A stretch of DNA of 64,000 bases. Origin: Glaucostegus cemiculus (taxonomy: Eukaryota). The notes beneath the pieces are model-generated. The model ran no database searches. It was given only the letters and a program-made list of their open reading frames with translations, and was not told the DNA's origin. The position numbers were made by a program, and so were the translations under genes. Below are positions 59,181 through 64,000 of the stretch, piece after piece. Position 1 is the stretch's first letter. Each line of letters begins with the position of its first letter. The DNA is taken from positions 37,448,001 through 37,512,000 of the forward strand of contig CDPCPM010000010.1 of assembly GCA_976551045.1 (NCBI GenBank), given 5' to 3'.

Positions 59181-61641
59181 TTATCTTACCTCGCCACTTA
59201 CAGTGTTACTTTTGCTTAAGGACCTTGTATTCAATGGGTTTTTCTCTTTTCCCATGATTTCGCAGTCGATGTAATTCTCCCCAGTTAATGAACTGCTCGG
59301 TTTGGGAAACGACGCAGCTCTCTTCTCCGAATTTAAAGTTGAACAGGCCTCATAGCGGAACCTTTGAGAAAATGGATCCCCTCCAAACACATCAATGTAA
59401 TTAAGAGCTATGTGAATATTTCGGCTGGCGTTTTGAATCCCATTCAGAGAATTACTTTGTCCAAAGCAGCAACATATTTCCATATAGAATCCGGTATCAG
59501 CAAAACTACGCCTCTTCTGTTGAATTTTAAAAGCCAAGTTAATTAAAATTACGAGGAAAATCGACGATGTTATCCCCAAAGATACAATTAGGTGAAGACT
59601 TACGTCAGAATTAAAGTCAAAAATTTCAGACCGAGTACTTGTACCAGAAGTGAACTCGACAACCTGGCCCACGACTGACAAAGTTATGGTCACTGTAGAA
59701 GTTAATGATGGCGTTCCACTATCCTTGACTAAAACCAATAAGCGCTGTTTACTGCCATCGTGGCTTACCATCCGACGGGTAGTCTAGATATCGCCTGTGT
59801 CAGCTGAAATGGTAAAAAGTTCCGGAACGGCTACTTGCTTAATTTCATAAGACTCCGGCATTTTGGCCGGAGTCTGCGTCAGTAAAGATACCTTAGCAAC
59901 CAGGTATCCAGGTTCAGCGAAGCGAGGCACTGTCTCTGTTATTGTTGATCCAAACCCAGCCACTGGCTGCACTTTCACGGGGGCATTGTCATTCTGATCG
60001 AGAATGTAAACATCCACGGAAGCTTTGCTGTTAAGTTGTGGAACTCCAGAGTCTTGGACTTGAATTTGGATCTGGAAGTTTTGAAGTTGCTCTTAGTCCA
60101 GAGACCGTTGAGCAAATATGATTCCACTCTCTGAGTTAATGCCAACATAGGAGGTCGCTACCTCGTGCAGAATATGTGTCTCAAGGATGGAATAGGTTAG
60201 TAGAGCATTATGGTTTAAATCTGCATCGATGGCTGACACTTGGAAAATTGAGGTCCCAATGATATTGTTCTCCATAATGTAAGCGGTATATGAAGGTTGT
60301 GTGAAGCGCGGAGAGTTGTTATTTATATCAGAAACCTCCATCAAAATTGTTTTGTTGGAAGATAGTGGTGGGTTCCCTGCGTCACGGCATGTGACAGTGA
60401 CGTCGCATTCAGAGACGATTTCGCGGTCCATTTGTCGCTGTTTAAGCAGTCTTTAATAGTTCTTTAAAGATGATTCGAGCCTGAAGAGAAGTTCATTCCC
60501 GATTTCACATTCTACTTGTCCATTTTCACCAGAATCCTTGTCGGCTGCGCTGAACAGGGCCACAACAGTACCAGATGGAGCATGTTCACTAACTGGACTG
60601 CACAAAGAAGTGAAAGTGACTTCAGGGGAGTTGTCATTCTCATCAATGATATCCACCACAACATCACAATACACGGGCACTGCAGCAGAACCCTTGTCGA
60701 CAGCTTGCACGTTAATGGCGTAGACATTGCTTTCTTCGTAGTCCAGAGAGCCTTCAAGAATAATTTTACCAGTTTTAGAATCTACCGAAAACAGCTGCAA
60801 CACTTTAACTGCTGTCCGGCTGCTGAATGAGTATTCAATTTCTCCATTAGAACCAGCATCGAGATCAGTTGCACTTACTTGGATCACCATTGTCCCTTTC
60901 CAATAGTGTGACGTTGTAAGTCGATTGCAGGAAAATAGGGAAGTTGTCGTTTGCATCCTGTACTTTCACAGCGATCTCTGCCGTACCTGATCTTTCGGGA
61001 GATCCGCTGTCTTTGGCTACAAGAACTAACCTGTGGATTGACTGCTTTTCTTTATCCAGAGAGCTTTCCAAAACCAAAAGCGGAAACATCCCCAAACGTG
61101 TCTCTACATCCACAATAAATTAATCGTTCGGAAGGAGATGATACTTTTGCACCGAATTGACTCCGACGTCTGAGTCGTGGGCGGATTCGAGGGGAAAGCG
61201 CGCACCAGGTGCCACAACCTCAGAGATTTCAAGGCTGAGGTCGGTCTTTGGAAATCTGGGAGCATTGTCGTTGATATCCAGAATCCACACTTCAAAATGG
61301 TACAAATTAAGTGGGTTTTGAATCACGGCCTGTATCGATAGGACGCAAGCGAGACGAGGCCCGCAAAGCTGTTCTCTGTCTATTTTCCTATTCACGAATA
61401 AAATCCCGTTGTCTAAATTTACTTCCAAATACTGTTTATTGGTTCCGGCCACAATTCGCAACCTGAGAGACGAGAGCTGGTTTACATCTAACCCCAAATC
61501 GACGGCGATATTCCCAACAAAGGCTCCTGGTTGCAGCTCTTCAGGAATTGAATACCGAATCTGCCCCAAAACTGGATACCATAACGACAATATGTGGAAC
61601 AATAATTTCCATTTTAGCCACAGTATTATTTTATATCTCAT
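59181..61641 (-). pseudogene. Clustered protocadherin variable exon pseudogene (divergent subtype)
   Basis: ATG at 61641 (MRYKIILWLKW...GQIRYSIPEE...DREQLCGPRLAC). In-frame stops at 61120, 60453, 60093 and 59784; frameshifts near 60900 and 59850-59885. TM and VCD in ORF 59181-59771. Donor GAG|GTAAGA at 59190/59189. Confidence 0.92.
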
Positions 61642-61864
61642 TTCTATACCGATCCATACCAATATTTTTCAGGCCAGACGGCGCCCTTTATAATCTCCAC
61701 ATTAGCGATTGGAATATCGCTTTTTAACTGTAAATAACGTGTTGTATAACTGTAACCTGCTATTTTGAGAATCGCCACTATCACTTCATTTAAGACATTT
61801 GATTTCGCCTACGTTTGCCGGAGAAACTATGCGCAGCAGTTTGCTACTGTGGCTTATGCCGGCT

Positions 61865-62032
61865 TGATGGATGATGGGAAGAGAAGGGGGCAGTCCAGAT
61901 CACCAACCAATTTTTAGTTTCTGATTGGTTGCTAGATGAACTCGCGTATTCAACCAATCAGTATACTTCTCACTTCTTAAAGCAATGATGATGCATCATT
62001 GCTTCGCATTTGTTGTTGTACAATTAAAAATT
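61865..62032 (-). promoter_or_regulatory. Pcdh promoter cassette (divergent proximal half)
   Basis: Plus strand: gaagggggcagtccagatcacc...ATTGG(61924)...CCAAT(61954)...TTCTTAAAGC(61974)...ttgttgtacaattaaaaatt. Confidence 0.75.
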
Positions 62033-62936
62033 AATTCGGCAGTTTAGTCATTAGTTCTCTTTCCTCACAGTCGGCTCCATAGGAATCTCGCTAAAATTCA
62101 CGTCTTAATAAAGATTTAATTGTGGGACACTTCAGTGAGTGAATTGAGGCCCTAATTACGTGATATATATTTCGTTAACTTATGTTATTTCAGTGCAGTT
62201 TTGCCCCTTGTAACATATTCATGGAGCTAACGTTGGCATCGACTGGAGCCTGGTGTTGCAGTGGGATCTCACACATGATTATGTATTGAAATCCAATGTA
62301 TGCTGACTAGGAGTATGGGATAGATTTACAAGAGGAAACGGACTCATGCCGTAATGATAAACGAGAGGAACGAGCAATAAAGCTGCCTTGTTCCCATGGA
62401 TCACAGGAACCAAGTCCTATGCATTCCTTATAAATTTACAAAGTGTGAGATTCAAGGCCGTTTTTAATTGCTTTCTATTTGTAATGGCGCAACACCTTCT
62501 TGAACAGGTCGGAGTTCATGAATGAATGCGCCACACTGCATCTCGCATTGTAATGCAAGTGAATGGCTTGTCTGGCGGATTGTAAGGATAATTAAATGAA
62601 TTAACATTAGATATATTGATCTGACTTTCAGCTGCTAAAAGGACAGCTAACTGCTGCCTCTGTGTCAATTCTGTTCTGAATTTCTCCTTTCCGCATTGCA
62701 ACACGGAAGCCAGAGACGAGATTAGGTCAGGTGGTGGGATATCAGAGTCAGCATTGAGTTCAAAACGCAAAACATATTTATTCTGAACTGAAAGGGCCGA
62801 TGAAGTACGCATCCAATCTCTCAGCTTCAGGCCAAAGGCGGCCATTGTCTCTAGTGCGACTCCAACCTAGATAAAGAAGGTGATGGCTTGTCACTTTTTA
62901 TTTATTTTGTTTGTAGTCTTACTTCTGTTCTATCAG

Positions 62937-63155
62937 TATCAGAATCAGATTTATTATGGCTGACGTATTTCGTGAAACTTGTTGTTTTGTGGCAGCAGTA
63001 CAATGCAAGACATAAAGGCATAAATTTACTAAAAGTTACAAAAATAAATAAATCGTGCAAAATAGGAATAACGATGCATGGGTTCATGGGTTCGTGGACC
63101 ATTCACGAATCTTATGGTGGAGGGGAAGAAACTATGACTGAAACGTTGAGTAGTA
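62937..63155 (-). mobile_element. 3' end of the Rex1/Babar-like LINE family seen at 24100
   Basis: agaatcagatttattatggctgacgtatttcgtgaaacttgttgttttgtggcagcagtacaatgcaagacataa is similar to 24102-24180. Confidence 0.65.
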
Positions 63156-63654
63156 CTTTAGGACTTATATTATTCCATGAGATTCGTAGAAGGTATACAA
63201 CAATTAAATTTCATCGGGCCAGCCTGACTGCAGACCATCAAGTACTACCTGTACTGATCCCTACACAGTTCCAGCACCAACTTCTGTGGTACAATACTAG
63301 TCACATGCTGCGATTTACAAAAGCACCCTCCCACAATCAACCTCTGCCTCATAAAGCCAAGCCAATTTTGAATGCAATTTGCCAGCATGTCCTAGATTCC
63401 GTGAGTTCGAAATTTTTGGGGAGTTTCCACAAGGAACCGTGTCAAAGGTTTTACTAAATTCGATGCAGAATACATAAGCTTACTTTCTCTCATCAATGCA
63501 TTTTATTACCATTAAAAAACACAATCACACTGGTCAGCCTGGACCTACCCACAACATACCAACGCTGACAATAGTTGATTAATCCCTGCCTCTCAGCATT
63601 TTTCCAATAACTTCCCTGACACTAACAGGAGGCTCACAGTTAAATTGAAACAAT

Positions 63655-64000
63655 CTGCCGGAGGGTCTCAGCAGTATCGAGCGGTGTCTGTGTGTCGGGA
63701 GGAATGGTCGATGTTTTGGATTGAAACACTGCATTAGGACAGAGTGGAGAGGCAAGACCCATAAAAATTGGAGAGGGGGAGTAGTGCGACATCGGCCAAA
63801 TTTTGATTGCTGGACCCAGGATGAAGGATGACGGTCGGATGGAGCCTGGCAAAGGAGGGGGCGTATTTTGGAAACAGAGGCAGGTGGATGGTAGAGAGAT
63901 GGCAGACGGAGCCAGGTGGGAGGAGGAGAGTGTGGGGAAAGGTGGAGACAGTTAGGAGGTGATAAACTGGAACAGAAGAGCTATCACTGCTGGAATCTGA
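63655..64000 (-). mobile_element. Penelope-like terminal repeat and purine-rich linker (runs off the window)
   Basis: ggagggtctcagcag...ggtcgatgttttggattgaaacactgcattaggac is a decayed reverse complement of the PLE hammerhead-bearing end, followed by a G/A-rich tract. Confidence 0.55.

Noticed and set aside
62516-63457. 109-aa and 189-aa ORFs and a small GCGGCCATTG/CCAAT patch near 62810-62850
   Set aside because: No recognisable domains; the longer ORF runs across LINE fragments; the motif patch does not match the Pcdh promoter cassette and occurs once.
1-64000. Pcdh constant exons, CRISPR arrays, rRNA genes or prokaryotic systems
   Set aside because: No DWR(F/Y)S-type constant-exon peptide in the ORF track, no regularly spaced repeat-spacer array and no rRNA-like sequence seen. 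Short constant exons below the ORF cutoff cannot be strictly excluded.

Overview
This is vertebrate genomic DNA, most likely from a cartilaginous fish and probably a batoid; that assignment is inferred from the repeat families. The window covers part of a clustered protocadherin (cPcdh) variable region. Six large single-exon Pcdh units lie on the minus strand, each encoding signal peptide, EC1-EC6, a transmembrane segment and a short variable cytoplasmic domain. Four are intact (13647-16115, 20347-22836, 29664-32126, 46352-48853) and two are pseudogenes (3435-5884, 59181-61641). Each unit ends in a phase-0 GAG|GT donor and has a conserved ~200-bp promoter cassette about 180-420 bp upstream of the ATG. 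No constant exons are recognisable; they should lie to the left of the window. The left half is an old tandem duplication of a two-gene ~16-17 kb unit. Intergenic DNA is dominated by CR1, Penelope-like, Rex1/Babar, L1-like, SINE and Tc1 remnants. The most notable signals are: (i) a rigidly spaced promoter grammar with no conserved CGCT box; (ii) a young 717-bp Gypsy-derived element with inverted LTR ends and a 5-bp TSD; (iii) overlapping tandem splice donors with an immediate read-through stop. All alignments were done by eye and repeat boundaries are approximate.
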